From Heterodontus francisci (taxonomy: Eukaryota): a DNA stretch of 64,000 nt. The notes under the pieces were generated by a model. That model made no database searches, was not told where the DNA came from, and was given only the letters and a program-made list of their open reading frames with translations. Position 1 is the stretch's first letter. Each line of letters begins with the position of its first letter. Made by a program: the position numbers and the translations under genes. Below are positions 11,690-23,120 of the stretch, one piece after another. The stretch covers positions 78,828,179-78,892,178 of the forward strand of contig NC_090389.1 in the NCBI RefSeq assembly GCF_036365525.1. The letters run 5' to 3'.

Positions 11690-11940
11690 AGACCCGGAAG
11701 TAAAGAGAATTGGCCTGATTGAAAATAAAGCGATCGGAAACTGCATTTTAGGAACAATAGCAGGCTCTACTTTTCCATCTTGCTTTAAAATAAGCACAGG
11801 GTGAAAGCATTCTCAGTCGGACCATCGCCTCTGGCGTTTGTTTCAAATAAGCTTCTCACTCCAGAAAATGCAAAATCATTTGGAGCCCAGAATTTCAATT
11901 TCAGTTTCACATTCGGTTCTGATTCAGTTCGCGTGTTTGT
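11690..11940. promoter_or_regulatory. Candidate interferon-responsive promoter/enhancer (ETS site + tandem ISRE/IRF-E)
   Basis: CCGGAAGT 11694-11701; TTTCAATTTCAGTTTC 11893-11908 (= GAAACTGAAATTGAAA); unique-looking, locally CpG-retaining sequence upstream of the UBA7-like exon. Confidence 0.5.
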
Positions 11941-12477
11941 CAGCAATGGACTGAGAAATTGGAACGCTGTCGTTAATATAGGCTCCACCTCTTAAAGCGG
12001 TAGTAACAGAGAAGATACCTTTTGTCGCAAGTTATTCAAACCCTATTTCTTTCATATGCAGTGACACGGAGCAAATATGCGTGCTTAAAACTGCAATGGT
12101 CATTGTTACATGATCAATACCGGCTCAACACGCTGAAAATGTCCCGCACAACGGAGATTAAAATCCGGTCTGCACACCAAAGTAATGGCACCGTTGTTTT
12201 TTTCTGCATTAAGATATTAAACTATTAAATTATCCCAGTTTATCATTTGGAAAGTTAAACACTTGCCTGATATCAGATCCGTATGTCAAAAGGGTAGAGG
12301 AGTAAAAATTGTTATGACATTGTTTAAATTTCCTGCCAAATTAATCAAATATGAGCAAAGCTTGTTAAAATACTCAGAATTTTAACAAGGAACTGGGTTT
12401 ATGCCGGGTTTATTGTAAAGAAGGCAAGTCAAAGTTACAATATCATACTATTCCAGTATTACAAGCAACAGATAGGT

Positions 12478-13137
12478 AACGTGCAGGTGCAGCAAGCAAT
12501 TAGGAAGGCAAATGGTATGTTATCCTTTATTGCAGGGGGATCATATTACAAGAATAAGTAAGTCTTGCTGCAATTATATAGGGTGAGACCACACCTGGCA
12601 TACTGTATACAGTTTTGGTCTCCACCTAAGGAAGGATATACTTGCCTTAGAGGGAGTGCAATGAAAGTTCACTAGATTGATTCCGGGGTTGAGAGGATTG
12701 TCCTATGAGGACAAATTGAGTAGACTAGGCCTATATTTCCTGGCATTTCAAAGAATGACAGGTGATCTCTTTGAAATATGTAAAATTCTTTAGAGGGCTT
12801 AACGGGGTAAATGTTGAGAGGCTATTTCCCTGGTTAAGAGTCTAGAACTTGGAGTCATCATTTCAGGATAAGCGAATGGCCATTTCAGACTGAAATGAGG
12901 AGAAATTTCTTCACACAAAGGGCTGTGAATCTTTGGAACTCTCTACCACAGACGACCGTGGATGCTCAATCACTGAGGATATTCAAGACTGAGATCGATA
13001 GATGTTTGGGCACAAAGGGAATCGAGGGATACGGGTATAGGCATTGAGATAGAAGATCAGTCATGATCTTATTGAATGGCAGAGCAGGTTCAAGGGGGTA
13101 TATGGCCTACTCCTGCTCCTATTTCTTATGTTCTTAA
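12478..13137 (+). mobile_element. CR1 LINE 3' fragment
   Basis: Decayed QVQQAIRKANGMLSFI..RPHL.YC.QFWSP..SYE..L..LGL ORF2 end, then tail ggcctactcctgctcctatttcttatgttctta. Confidence 0.85.
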
Positions 13138-13189
13138 TCCTTTCTGGAAGGAGCTCACTCAGGATTTCCATCTTTGCTGATTATTAAGA

Positions 13190-13525
13190 AGAAAACCTTG
13201 CATTTATATTAGCAGCTTATCACATCTCGGAAACACCTTCACATACTTTGAAATTATCACTATGTCAGCAAATGTGGCAACCATTTTACACACTGCAAGA
13301 TCCCACAAGTGGGAATAAAATAAATGAGTCATTACCCCTGTTTTTGATGGTATTAGTTGAATGAAGGATGGTTGTCAGGGCATGAGGAGAACTCTTTGAT
13401 TTCATGAATAGTGACAGGCAGATATGGCCTCAATCTAACATTTCATCCAAGGACAATACCTCCAACAATTCAGTACTAAACTGGAGAATCAATTAGTGAA
13501 TTGTGATAACCTTCTGACTTCAAAT
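13190..13525 (-). mobile_element. Decayed Deu-domain-like SINE
   Basis: Shares caagatcccaca, ttagttga.. and aaccttctgact blocks with 19565-19660 and 20955-21160. Confidence 0.45.
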
Positions 13526-13709
13526 CATGAGTACTTCCAAACTCAGAGAAATAACAACATGGAAACAGTCCAGTCAGTCTGTGTCTATATTTATCCTCCA
13601 TGCTAGAAAATTGTCCTACTCACAATTACACACCCTGTACCCCGATTCCATTATTCCCCTTTCCTTGATCCACCTATTCAATCTAATTTTGAATGTTGGC
13701 ATGAGGTCC

Positions 13710-13822
13710 AATTTTAACCTAACCTACCCACTGGGAATAGGATGGGATCGAGTTGGATGCCCCAGCCGATTTTACATTCCATTGACTCCAATGGAGGCAG
13801 GCAGATAGGTTTGGTTAAAATT
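13710..13822. mobile_element. MITE-like palindromic element
   Basis: Terminal inverted repeats aattttaacctaacctacc / gataggtttggttaaaatt (17/19) and internal palindrome tccattg..caatgga (13778-13795). Confidence 0.5.
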
Positions 13823-14029
13823 AACAAGATAGTTTCTGCCTGAACCACTAACCTTTGAAGTGAATTCCAGAATCTCCCAATGATTTGTGTAAAGAGGTTT
13901 CTCCTGCTCTCTTTAAAATTTTTGGTATTTAGTCATGTATCTATGGCTCCCTCATTCTAGGCCCTTCAATTATTGGAAACAGTCTGCTTCTATTTACACA
14001 GTCCCATTCGATCATCCCACAATCTACAT

Positions 14030-14640
14030 TGCCCAGACCATGGCTAAAAGAGCAGGTCACAGGCTCGGAACCCTGCGGTCAGTAACTCACCTCCTGACTC
14101 CCCAAAGCCAGTCCACAAGGCATAAGTCAGGAGTGTGATGGAATACTCTCCAGTTGTCTGGATGGCTGCAGCTCCAACAACACTAAAGAAGCTCGACACC
14201 ATCCAGGACAAAGCAGCCCACTTGATTGGCACTCCATCCACAAACATTCACTCCCTCTAGCACCGATGCACAGTGGCAGCAGTGTGTACCATCTACAACA
14301 TGCACTGCAGCAATGCACCAAGGCTCCTTAGACTGCACCTTGCAAACCCATGACCTCTACCACCTAGAAGTACAAGGACAGCAAATGCATGGGAACACCA
14401 CCACCTGCAAGTTCCCCTCCAAGTCACACACCATCCTGACTTGGAACTATATTGCCATTCCTTCACTGTCGCTGGGTCAAAATCCTGGAACTCCCTTCCT
14501 AACAGCACGGTGGGTGTACCTACCCCACATGGACTGCAGTGGTTCAAGAAGGCAAGACCTTCTCAAGGGCAATTGGGGATGGGGAAAAAATGCTGGCCTC
14601 ACCAGCGAGGCCCACATCCCAGGAATTAATTTTTAAAAAA
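14030..14640 (+). mobile_element. Non-LTR retrotransposon 3' end (CR1/L2 group)
   Basis: Encodes VRSVMEYSPVVWMAAAPTTLKKLDTIQDKAAHLIG and SKSWNSLPNS; related reverse copy at 18295-18530. Confidence 0.75.
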
Positions 14641-14899
14641 TGAACCTGGACACATTAAGCAGTTGTCGAGTGTGTTGTATCATTGAGTGTATTGCCCTTT
14701 TAAGAGGATCAGCATTTGGCAGGAAGCTTTTCAGCAGTCACCGTGCCAGATCAAATTGAACCAGTGTCATTGATCAGAGGTTTCGGGTCAGCTTTCGGTA
14801 TTGTTGGAGGACAGGAGCAAGACTAGGTGCGTCAGTCAGTTTGTAATCCGTGCATGTGGTGCCACTTTTAATACAATATTTATATCTAACAGTGAATTG

Positions 14900-15520
14900 G
14901 TGGTGATAGTAAACCGCGGGTCTCCGCTGGTGTTTCACTGAAACTGCTTTTTAAATCAACCGGCTGTTCAAAGATAAACGAGTGGGTGTTTAATGAGACA
15001 TTGTATTTGAAACCAGAAATGAGAAGTTCAGCTTGGAAATTGTTTAGAAAACAGTCTTTCCATGATATTATTATAGAATGATACTGCACAGAAGGAAGCC
15101 AGTTTGTTTTCTAGATGCAAATTGATTTCCTCTTTTAAAAGCAACTTTCACTTGAAATTTGCATGATAGTTTAGCCCAAAAATTACTTGTTTTAACTGGG
15201 TAACTGTGTTTAACTGAATCAGGCGTATGCCGCAGTGATCAAGGTTCCGGCGAGTGGGTTATTGATAAGTAATTGAAGGGAAAGAGGGAGTCGGTGCTAA
15301 CACATTCTAACCTGAACTTTGTTTTCAAATATTTATATTTTCAGAAAAGTAAAACTAGTTGGGGGTGGATGTGAAACATAATTTTCTGTTCCTAACAAGT
15401 TACAATAACCTGGGTCAGTCAGTTTATCCGGATGGAATAAACCAACCGGTCCGATTGCAAATTTCTTCAATTCAATAATTGAGTGGAATTTGCACGGCCC
15501 GTTTCTGAAAGTGGTCACTC
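14900..15520. promoter_or_regulatory. Second CpG-retaining unique island with GAS/IRF/octamer-like motifs
   Basis: gtTTCACTGAAac 14932-14944 (TTCN3GAA within inverted GAAAC half-sites), ACTTTCACTT and ATTTGCAT near 15144-15165, several retained CpGs. Confidence 0.3.
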
Positions 15521-16214
15521 CGCAGCTTCATGGTTTAGCAGGCAGAGAGGGAATGGGTGACCAGCAGGCAGTCGAGGAGGATAAGGCAGGAGTCCCCTGA
15601 GTGCATCCGCCTGTCCGACTGGTATTCTGATCTGAATACTGGTGAGAGTGCAGCCAGAGCCAAGTCCAACAGGCACCAGAGGTAGTTTAGCTGTATGGGG
15701 AGGTCGATGGGCATGGGGAAGATTAGGAGTGCCATCGTGATAGGGGATTCTGTAGTTAGCCGTATTGATAGGCGTTTCTGTGCCACAGATGTGAATCCAG
15801 GATGGTATGTTGCCTGCCTGGTGCCAGGATCAAGGATGTCACTAAGTGGCTGCAGAGCACTCTGAGTGGGGAGCTTGTACAGCCAGTGGTTATGGTCCAT
15901 ATTGATACCAACAACATAGGTAGAAAGAGGAATGAGGTCCTGCAAACCGATTTTAGGCAGCTAGGAAAGAAACTAGCAAGCAGAACCTCAAAGGTAGTAA
16001 TCTCCAGATTACTCCCAGTGCCACGTGCCAGTGAGTACAGAAATAGAATGATAGTGCAGATGAATGTGTGGCTGGAGAGATGGTGCAGGAAGGAAGGTTT
16101 TAGATTCCTGGAACATTGGGACTGGTTCTGGGGGAGTTAGGCCCTATACAGACCGGAGGGGTTTCACCTGAATAGAGCCAGGACCAATGTCCTTGTGGGG
16201 CAGTTTGCTAGTGC

Positions 16215-16579
16215 AATTTATTTATTTATTTTTTTGATTTAGAAATACAGCACTGAAACAGGCCCTTCGGCCCACTGAGTCTGTGCCGACCATCAACCAC
16301 CCATTTATACTAATCCTACACTAACTCCATATTCCTACCACATCCCCACCTGTCCCTATATTCCCCTACCACCTACCTATACTAGGGGCAATTCATAATG
16401 GCCAATTTACCTATCAACCTGCAAGTCTTTGGCATGTGGGAGGAAACCGGAGCACCCGGAGGAAACCCACATAGACACAGGGGGAACTTGCAAACTCCAT
16501 ACAGACAGGACCCAGAATTGAACCCGGGTCGCTGGAGCTGTGAGGCTGCGGTGCTAACCACTGCGCCACTGTGCTGCCC
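16215..16579 (-). mobile_element. HE1-like V-SINE inserted in CR1 ORF1
   Basis: Reverse complement closely similar to 9535-9887 over its full length; (TAAA)n tail at 16215-16230. Confidence 0.93.
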
Positions 16580-16624
16580 ATTTGCCTCCCAAATTGGGAG
16601 GGTTTAAACTAACTTGACAGGAGG

Positions 16625-16820
16625 ATAGAAACATAGGAGCAGGAGTAGGCCATTCGGCCCTTTGAGCCTGCACCACCATTCAATACGATCAAGGCTGATC
16701 ATCCAAACTCAGTTCCCTCTTCCTGCTTTGTCCCCGTATCCCTTTAGCCTTAAGAACTATATCTAACTCTTTCTTGAATATATTTAATGATTTGGCCTCA
16801 ACTGCTTTCTGTGGTAGAGG
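16625..16820 (-). mobile_element. CR1 3' tail fragment inserted in the CR1
   Basis: ataggagcaggagtaggccat..ccattcaatacgatc is the reverse complement of the 13055-13130 tail. Confidence 0.75.
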
Positions 16821-18294
16821 AGCTATGATGTAACATTAGAGAGGAAAACCAAAGTGCACAAAGAATTGGGAGAGTCAGATCGAATTAGAGTAAGAAATAG
16901 TGGAGCCAAAGCAAGAGGAAATGCGATAAGTTCTAAATTAGGTGTGCTGTCCATGTATGTGAACGCATGGAGTGTAATAAATAAGGTTGGTGAACTACAA
17001 GCACAGTTAGCCACATGGGGGAGTGATGTCATGGTGATAATGGAGACCTGGCTCAAAAAAGGGCAGGACTGGAGACTAAATATTTCTGGATACAAGGTGT
17101 TTGGAAGTGACAGGGAAGGAATGAAAGGAGGAGGGGTTGTAATATTGATTAAGGATAACTTTACAGGGCTGGAGAGAGAGGATGTCCTAGAGGGGCCAAG
17201 CGCAAAATCTATTTGATACAGGTACAGTACACTACTGGGTGTATTCTATAGGCCTCCAACTAGTTGGAAAGATACAGCGGAACAAGCTTACAAGGAAATT
17301 GCAGAGCGGTGCAAAAACTATTGTGTAGTTATAATGGGGGACTTTAATCATCCTAATATAGACTGGGATAATTAGTCTAAAAGGCGGAGAGGGGTAAGAG
17401 TTTCTAAAGTGTGTTCTGGAGAATTGTTTACAGCAGTATGTTTCCAGTCCAACGAGGAAGGAGGCATTGCTAAATCTGGTTCTAGGGAATGAGTTGAGAC
17501 GAGGATCAAGTGTCAGTAGGGGAACAATTAGGGAATAATGATCATAGTATAATAAGGTTTAGGTTAGCTATGGAAAGGGACAAACAGCAAACCGGAGTAA
17601 AGATAATTAATTGGGGGAGGGCCAATTTCAGTGGAATGAGTACTGATCTGGCCCAGGTAAATTGGAATCAAAGATTGGCAGGCAAAACTGTAACGGAACA
17701 ATGGGCTGCCTTTAAAGAGGAGATGGTTTGGGTACAGTCAGTTTCTGTACATACACCCCGAGGTCCCTCCGCTCCCACTGGGTATATAACTGAACCTTTA
17801 ACCCACATGTCATAAGTTCATGTCCCAGCATGGCAAGTTGTTGAAATGAATTCTATAAAGCTGTTTATTTGTGTGCGAATACAAGGTTGTCATAAAAACC
17901 CAACTAGTTCAGTAATGTCCTTCAGGGAAGAGAACTTGCCACCCATACCAAGTCTACACATGGCTGTCGTCCACACCGTGTAGCTAATGCGGAATTCCCT
18001 TCGCAAAACTAGGGATGGGCAATCGACATGACCTTGCCCTCATTCTTTTGAATAGATAAGAAGGACTAACTGCACTGGCAGCTCTCCACTGCCCTGCTTT
18101 GACTGATGCATTGAACACCTAGTGCAGCTCTGATACCACATGTTTGTTGAGTATGTAGCTGACTCTCTATCACTTCTCAGATATGTGAAGAGCTCCATTG
18201 TTGGTCATCTCGTATCACAGGGGGAAAGTGATTAGTTGAAACACGCTCCACTTCCCTTCCGTCCTTTTACCAATTCTCTCTCACTCTCTGGCAA

Positions 18295-18530
18295 GGCTGC
18301 ATTTATTGCCCATTCCTAGTTGTCCTGAGAAGTTGAATCTTTTATTTGAACCACTGCAGGCCTGTGGTGAAGGTAACCCCATATTGATATTGGGAAAGGA
18401 ATTCCAGGATATTAGCTCAGCAATGGTGAATGAACAGTGACACACAGGCAAGTCAGGATGATGTGTGACTGGAAAGTGATGGTATTCCTGCAAACTTGCT
18501 GCTCTTGTTCAGCTCAGTGGTAGAAGTTGC
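18295..18530 (-). mobile_element. 3' fragment of the LINE family at 14030-14640
   Basis: Reverse strand CHCSFTIAELISWNSFPN..GQLGMGNKC parallels CHSFTVAGSKSWNSLPN..GQLGMGKKC. Confidence 0.65.
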
Positions 18531-18864
18531 AAAGGAAGGGCAACCTGTTGAAGTAACCTTAGCACAGGATTGGTGCTACAATTCACAATGGAGGTTGTTC
18601 TCGCTGCATTACTAAATTTTATTCAATGTTTAGCAATTCCCATGAAGTCATTCTGCATTAGTGCTGGGATCAACTTCCAAGTGTCTATAATGGTTAGGTT
18701 TGTCTCTTGGGAATCTGTTTATGAAGATTCCATTTTAAATTCATCAAATTTCTTCTTGTGGAGTCAGGCAACTGTTTTATGAAATATTGAGTATTAAGTC
18801 GGCATCTTTGAATTCTGTATTTGAAATAAACACAGCACTGATGACCGGTTATGATTTATTATTT

Positions 18865-19115
18865 GGGATGTGAGGAAGATCTTATTTACGCAGCGAGTGA
18901 TAATGACCTGGAACTCGCTGCCTACAAGGATGGTGGAAACAGAGACAATCAATGATTTCAAAAGGAAATTGAATGAATACTTGAAGGAAATAAACTTTCA
19001 GGGCTACAAGGATAGAATGGGGAAATAGGACTGACTGGTTGCTCCACAGTGAGCTGGCATGGACTCAATGGGCTGAATGGCCTCCTTCTGTGCCGTAATT
19101 ACTCTCTGATTCTAT
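18865..19115 (+). mobile_element. CR1 3' tail fragment
   Basis: tttacgcagcgagtg..tggaactcgctgcc..atgggctgaatggcctccttctgtgccgtaa. Confidence 0.75.
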
Positions 19116-19224
19116 AATGGGGGGCAGCGTGACTCTGAATGTGGAACTTGGAAAATCTCGAGTTCAAGCTGTGCTCTCTGCTGCTTTAGCCAATCTCAAG
19201 TAGGGTATTGTTGAGTTGAGGTGT

Positions 19225-19560
19225 AAGTGGATACAGTGGTTATGTTATTGGATTAGTAATCCAGACCTCTGGATTAACCATCCAGGGCCATGAGTTCAAA
19301 TCCAGCCATAGCAGCTGGAAAATTTAAATCCAATTAATTAAATTAATCTGGAATAAAAAGATGCTGTCAGTAAGGGTGACTATGAAACTACCAGATTATC
19401 ATTTTAAAAAAAAACCCATCTGGTTCTCTCATTTCATTTAGAGAAGGAAATCTGCCATCCTTACCCGGTCTGGCCTATATGTGACTCCCAGACCCACAGT
19501 AATGTTGTTGTCTCTTAACTGCCATCTGAAATGACCCAGCAAGTTGTATTCAAGAAGGCA
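19225..19560 (+). mobile_element. tRNA-derived SINE (second family)
   Basis: A-box-like cagtggttatg, B-box-like gagttcaaatcc, body aaaaacccatctggttc..ggaaatctgccatccttacc; related pieces at 17890-18030 (+) and 28410-28575 (-). Confidence 0.65.
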
Positions 19561-20954
19561 GCTAATTTGCACACAGCAAGCTCCCAAAAACAACAATGTG
19601 ATAATGACCAGAATTTGTTATAGTGATGTTGGTTGAGGGATAAATATTGGCCAGATTAGGAAACCTTCTTTATTACTCACCCCTGCCTTTCCCCAGTCTC
19701 TTCCCCCTTCCACTCCCCCAGCCTTACCCCTCTACAAGCCTCTATTTTCACTTGGGTAACTGAAGTTTGAAGTCAGGACAGGGGATTCCCAAGGGTGTGT
19801 GAGTATTTTTGGGGAATTCCCAGGAGTTTGACAACATTTCCAGCTGGTTCCCCCTTCACAGAAAAGTTTGAAAACTACTGTTGTAGTGGATTAAAGACAT
19901 GAAACACTTCTGTATAAACCAGAAAATGATCCAAATTGCAGTCAAGGGTATAAGATCTGAAAACAACCCAAATTTTAGCTTGTTTTGAGCTGCAAATTAC
20001 CAGAGAACAAATTGATCACTCACTCAAAAGCTTGTTACAGTTAATAGTGTTAGTTTATTTGTACCGATGATTAGAGATTTTAAAAGGTCACAGATTTGAA
20101 ATGATTACAGGAAAATTAAAATGGTTACAGAAAATGATTAGAGAAAAGGTTGAGAAAAGAAGAAAGAAAATAATAAAAACAGCTGCTTTGTTACTTTAGT
20201 CCCAGCAAATGAATGCTTCAACAATGTTGCTCAACTCACGGCAAGTAAATGTTTCAACAATATCTAGCAATAGAATGTTCAATTATGTTACGTCGCACAA
20301 TCACCCGAAGTGGGCGTTCCCGTTTATTGTAAGTTCTCTTCCCGGTGATCAGTTGGGTTCCTTCTCCGTGAAATCTCAATCCCTTGACTGCAGCGCTGGC
20401 CTCTTTCTCCTGCAGTAAAGATCTCTGATGTGTTCAACCATTTATGCCCTTTTTCAGAAGATAGGGTTAGTTTACTGTATTGACAGGCCACACCATCCTA
20501 TGAAGCTTCTTTTTAAGAGCACAATATCCAATTGTATTTGTCACTTTGTTTAAACCATAATTCGAATCCAGAAAGTTGTCTATCTTCCTTTCACTTTCTC
20601 CAGTAATCTTCCATGATGTGAAACCCCTTGTATCAATTTTCCAGAAAAAGACCCTTGTATGTTGTTAGAACACCGTATTTCACCTTATCTAGGTTCAAGT
20701 CTTCATAAACTAAAGCACTACTGTCTCTCGCTGACCTGTATTATCTCTGTTGTTTCTCTCGATTAATAACTGTTTTCGTGTCTCAGCTTATCAAGATCAA
20801 CAAGTTTAATTTCAAAACTGTCAGACAAGTGTGTTGTTCCATCAGTGCTGTTTTCTAGCTTCCCAAGCATGCTGGTTGAATGTCAAGTTTAAAAGTTATA
20901 TCAAAAGGCTTTTTGCCCTACAAGAGATCAGGCCATACAACAGCAATACACAAC

Positions 20955-21160
20955 AGTGTCTTGGGGACCTTCACATCCACCTAAGAGGGAAGACGGGGCC
21001 CCAATTCAATGTCGCATCCGAAAGACCGTGCCTCTGACATTGCAGCACTCCCTCAGCACTGCACGAGAGTGTCAGCCTAGATTATGTGCTTATGTTTGTA
21101 ACTAGGATGTGAACCTTCTGACTCAAGGTGAGAGTGCTACCTATTGAGCCATAGTTGATG
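20955..21160 (-). mobile_element. Deu-type (SacSINE1-like) SINE 5' part
   Basis: Reverse strand begins ggctcaataggtagcactctcacc..gagtcagaaggttc (tRNA-like head), then gctgacact..cagtgctgagggagtgctgca..tttcggatg. Confidence 0.6.
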
Positions 21161-21339
21161 CCTTATAATAAATGAAAAACCCTTTATTTTCTGCATGCAC
21201 CTTCTCTCTTCAATTAATTACATTGGATGCAAATAAGGGATTTATTTCCTGGTCTAAAGCACAACTATAAGGAAATTAGGAACAAACATACATTACTGTT
21301 GCTGTGTTGGAAAGGGTCCCACGCAGTTGTAACAAGATG

Positions 21340-21620
21340 TACAACAACAACTTAGAAGCATATTGTTCCTTTTAACATAGAACAGTGTCCCAAGGCTCTT
21401 TATACAGATGTAATCAGACCAAAACAGGCATTGAACCTAAGAAGGAGATATTAGTATGGGTGGCCAAAAGCTGGGTTAAAGAGATGAGTTTTAAGGAAGG
21501 TCTTAAAGGAGAGGGAGGTGGAGAGGTTTAGGGAGGCAAGTCCAGAGCGTGAAGTCTAGCAGACTGAAAACATAGCAGCAAAGGGGGAGGGGCTGCAGGA
21601 AACACGCAAAAGCCCAGAGT
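21340..21620 (-). mobile_element. L2-type LINE 3' end fragment
   Basis: aacaacaactt..cccaaggc..aatcagac..aagaaggagatattag..ccaaaagct, parallel to 5280-5470. Confidence 0.6.
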
Positions 21621-21639
21621 CAGGGTAAAAAATAAAATT

Positions 21640-22325
21640 AGTATACAGTATTCGCTGCTCACAATACAGTCTCCTCTACATTGGGGAGACCAATAGTTGA
21701 TTGGGTGACTGTTTTGCTGAACACCTCTGTTCAGTCCACAAATATGACCCTGACCTTCCATTCGCCTGCCATTTTAATTCTCCATCCTAGTCCCGCCTGA
21801 CCTCTCTATCCTCCGCCTCCTACACTGTTCCAATGAAGCTCAACTTAAGTTTGAGTAACAGCTCCTCATCTTTCAATTAGACGCTTTACAGCCTTCTGGA
21901 CTCCACATTGAGGTCAACAGTTTCAGATCACTGCACCCATTTTTTTTTTTGGAGAGCAGCTGTTAATGATTCTGTGATTCCCATTCTCACTTCCTCTAGA
22001 TGGGTCATTTGTTTCTTTTCTTGTCCCATTACCATCCCCTTTAGTCTTACACCATCATCCCTTTTGTCATTTATCTTTTGCCTTTCATCTTATTGCAGAC
22101 CTTCCCTTTTGTTCTTTCCTCCCCCCACCGCCCCCGCCACCTTCCCTGCCTCGGTACTTGCTTAAAATCTGTTGCCTCTCAATTTTTTCGGTTCTGTCGA
22201 AAGGTCATCGACCTAAAACATTAACTCCGTTTGTCTCACTACAGATGTTGCCTGACTTGCTGAGTATATTCAGCATTTCCTGTTTTAATTTCAGATTTCC
22301 AGCTTTTGTAAGTAGTTTGCTTTTG
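21640..22325 (+). mobile_element. Penelope-like element 3' fragment: GIY-YIG endonuclease remnant plus terminal repeat with a degenerate hammerhead
   Basis: Decayed IRCSQYSLLYIGET..LGDCFAEHLCSV..DPDLPFACHFNS; ctgtcgaaaggtcatcgacctaaaacattaact at ~22194-22226; tail ttcagatttccagc shared with 7970-7990. Confidence 0.8.
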
Positions 22326-22525
22326 TAAAAAAATAATTCATTGGTTTGGGATGTCCTGAGCTGGACATTGAGTCCATTCGGCCAAATGGACCAAAATGGT
22401 CATTCCTAGTCATGGACGGTGCTATATAAACGCAACTTTTCTATTTCCCTTCATCAGAAAGGTAAGTTCAATTTAAATTCCAACTTTGAAATAATCTGTT
22501 TTTATTTCCCTCAGATTTGCAGAGC

Positions 22526-22581
22526 ATGGATGCTAATGGAAATTCTGCAGAGATCGATGAAGGCCTTTACTCCCGACAACT
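22526..22581 (+). CDS. UBA7: Coding part of an E1 ubiquitin-like activating enzyme exon (exon 22515-22581), MDANGNSAEIDEGLYSRQL; probably UBA7
   Basis: Acceptor tttatttccctcAG at 22514, donor GTAAGT at 22582 splitting the Leu codon; IDEGLYSRQL is the UBA1/UBA7 motif; lies downstream of TRAIP on the same strand, as human UBA7 does. The sequence alone does not exclude a UBA1-like paralogue. Confidence 0.8.
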
Positions 22582-22879
22582 GTAAGTATATTTGGAAATA
22601 AAGCAAACTCCTGTATTTTAAAGAAATACACTGGCAGAAGGGGAAAGTGGTAGTAGAGGCGAGAAAGACACCAATCAAATTTACAGCTTCTTCATGGGAT
22701 GATCAAGACGGATCTCATCAGAGTTATCACTTCTAACTGTCAAAAGTTATCAATGGATTCCAATTAGGGCCAACAGTTTATGGTAACTGAATAAATCGAG
22801 TTACTATCTTTATTACATGGTCTTCTGGATTTTCACTAGTGCTTTCTGGTTGCATTCTGCAATTCTGCGATAGAAATCA

Positions 22880-23120
22880 AAGAGGGAATTTAGGAGAAAC
22901 ATCTTTACTCAGAGTGGTGAGAATATGGAACTTGCTACCACAGCGAGTAGCTGAGATGCATTTAAGAGGAACTAGATAAGCATACGAGGGAGAAGGGAAT
23001 TGAGGGTTATGCTGATAGAGTTAATGAGGAAGGATGGGAGGAGGTTCAAGTGAAGTATTAAACTGTCATAGACTGGATGGGCCAAATGGCCTGTTTCTGT
23101 GCTGTATGTTCTATGTAATT
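22880..23120 (+). mobile_element. CR1 3' tail fragment
   Basis: ttaggagaaacatctttactcagag..tggaacttgctacca..atgggccaaatggcctgtttctgtgctgta. Confidence 0.75.

Larger units (their letters stand above)
15540..17745 (+). mobile_element. CR1 LINE 5' part: ORF1 SGNH esterase plus ORF2 endonuclease, decayed and interrupted
   Basis: IGDSVV..MVCCLPGARIKDV..VMVHIDTNNIG..W..FHLN (ORF1); YVNAWSVINK..ETWL..GGGV..YRPP..MGDFN..NNDH (EN). Confidence 0.88.

Noticed and set aside
19980-20945. Possible solo LTR or unclassified repeat
   Set aside because: TG..CA candidates exist, but no convincing TSD or second copy in the window.
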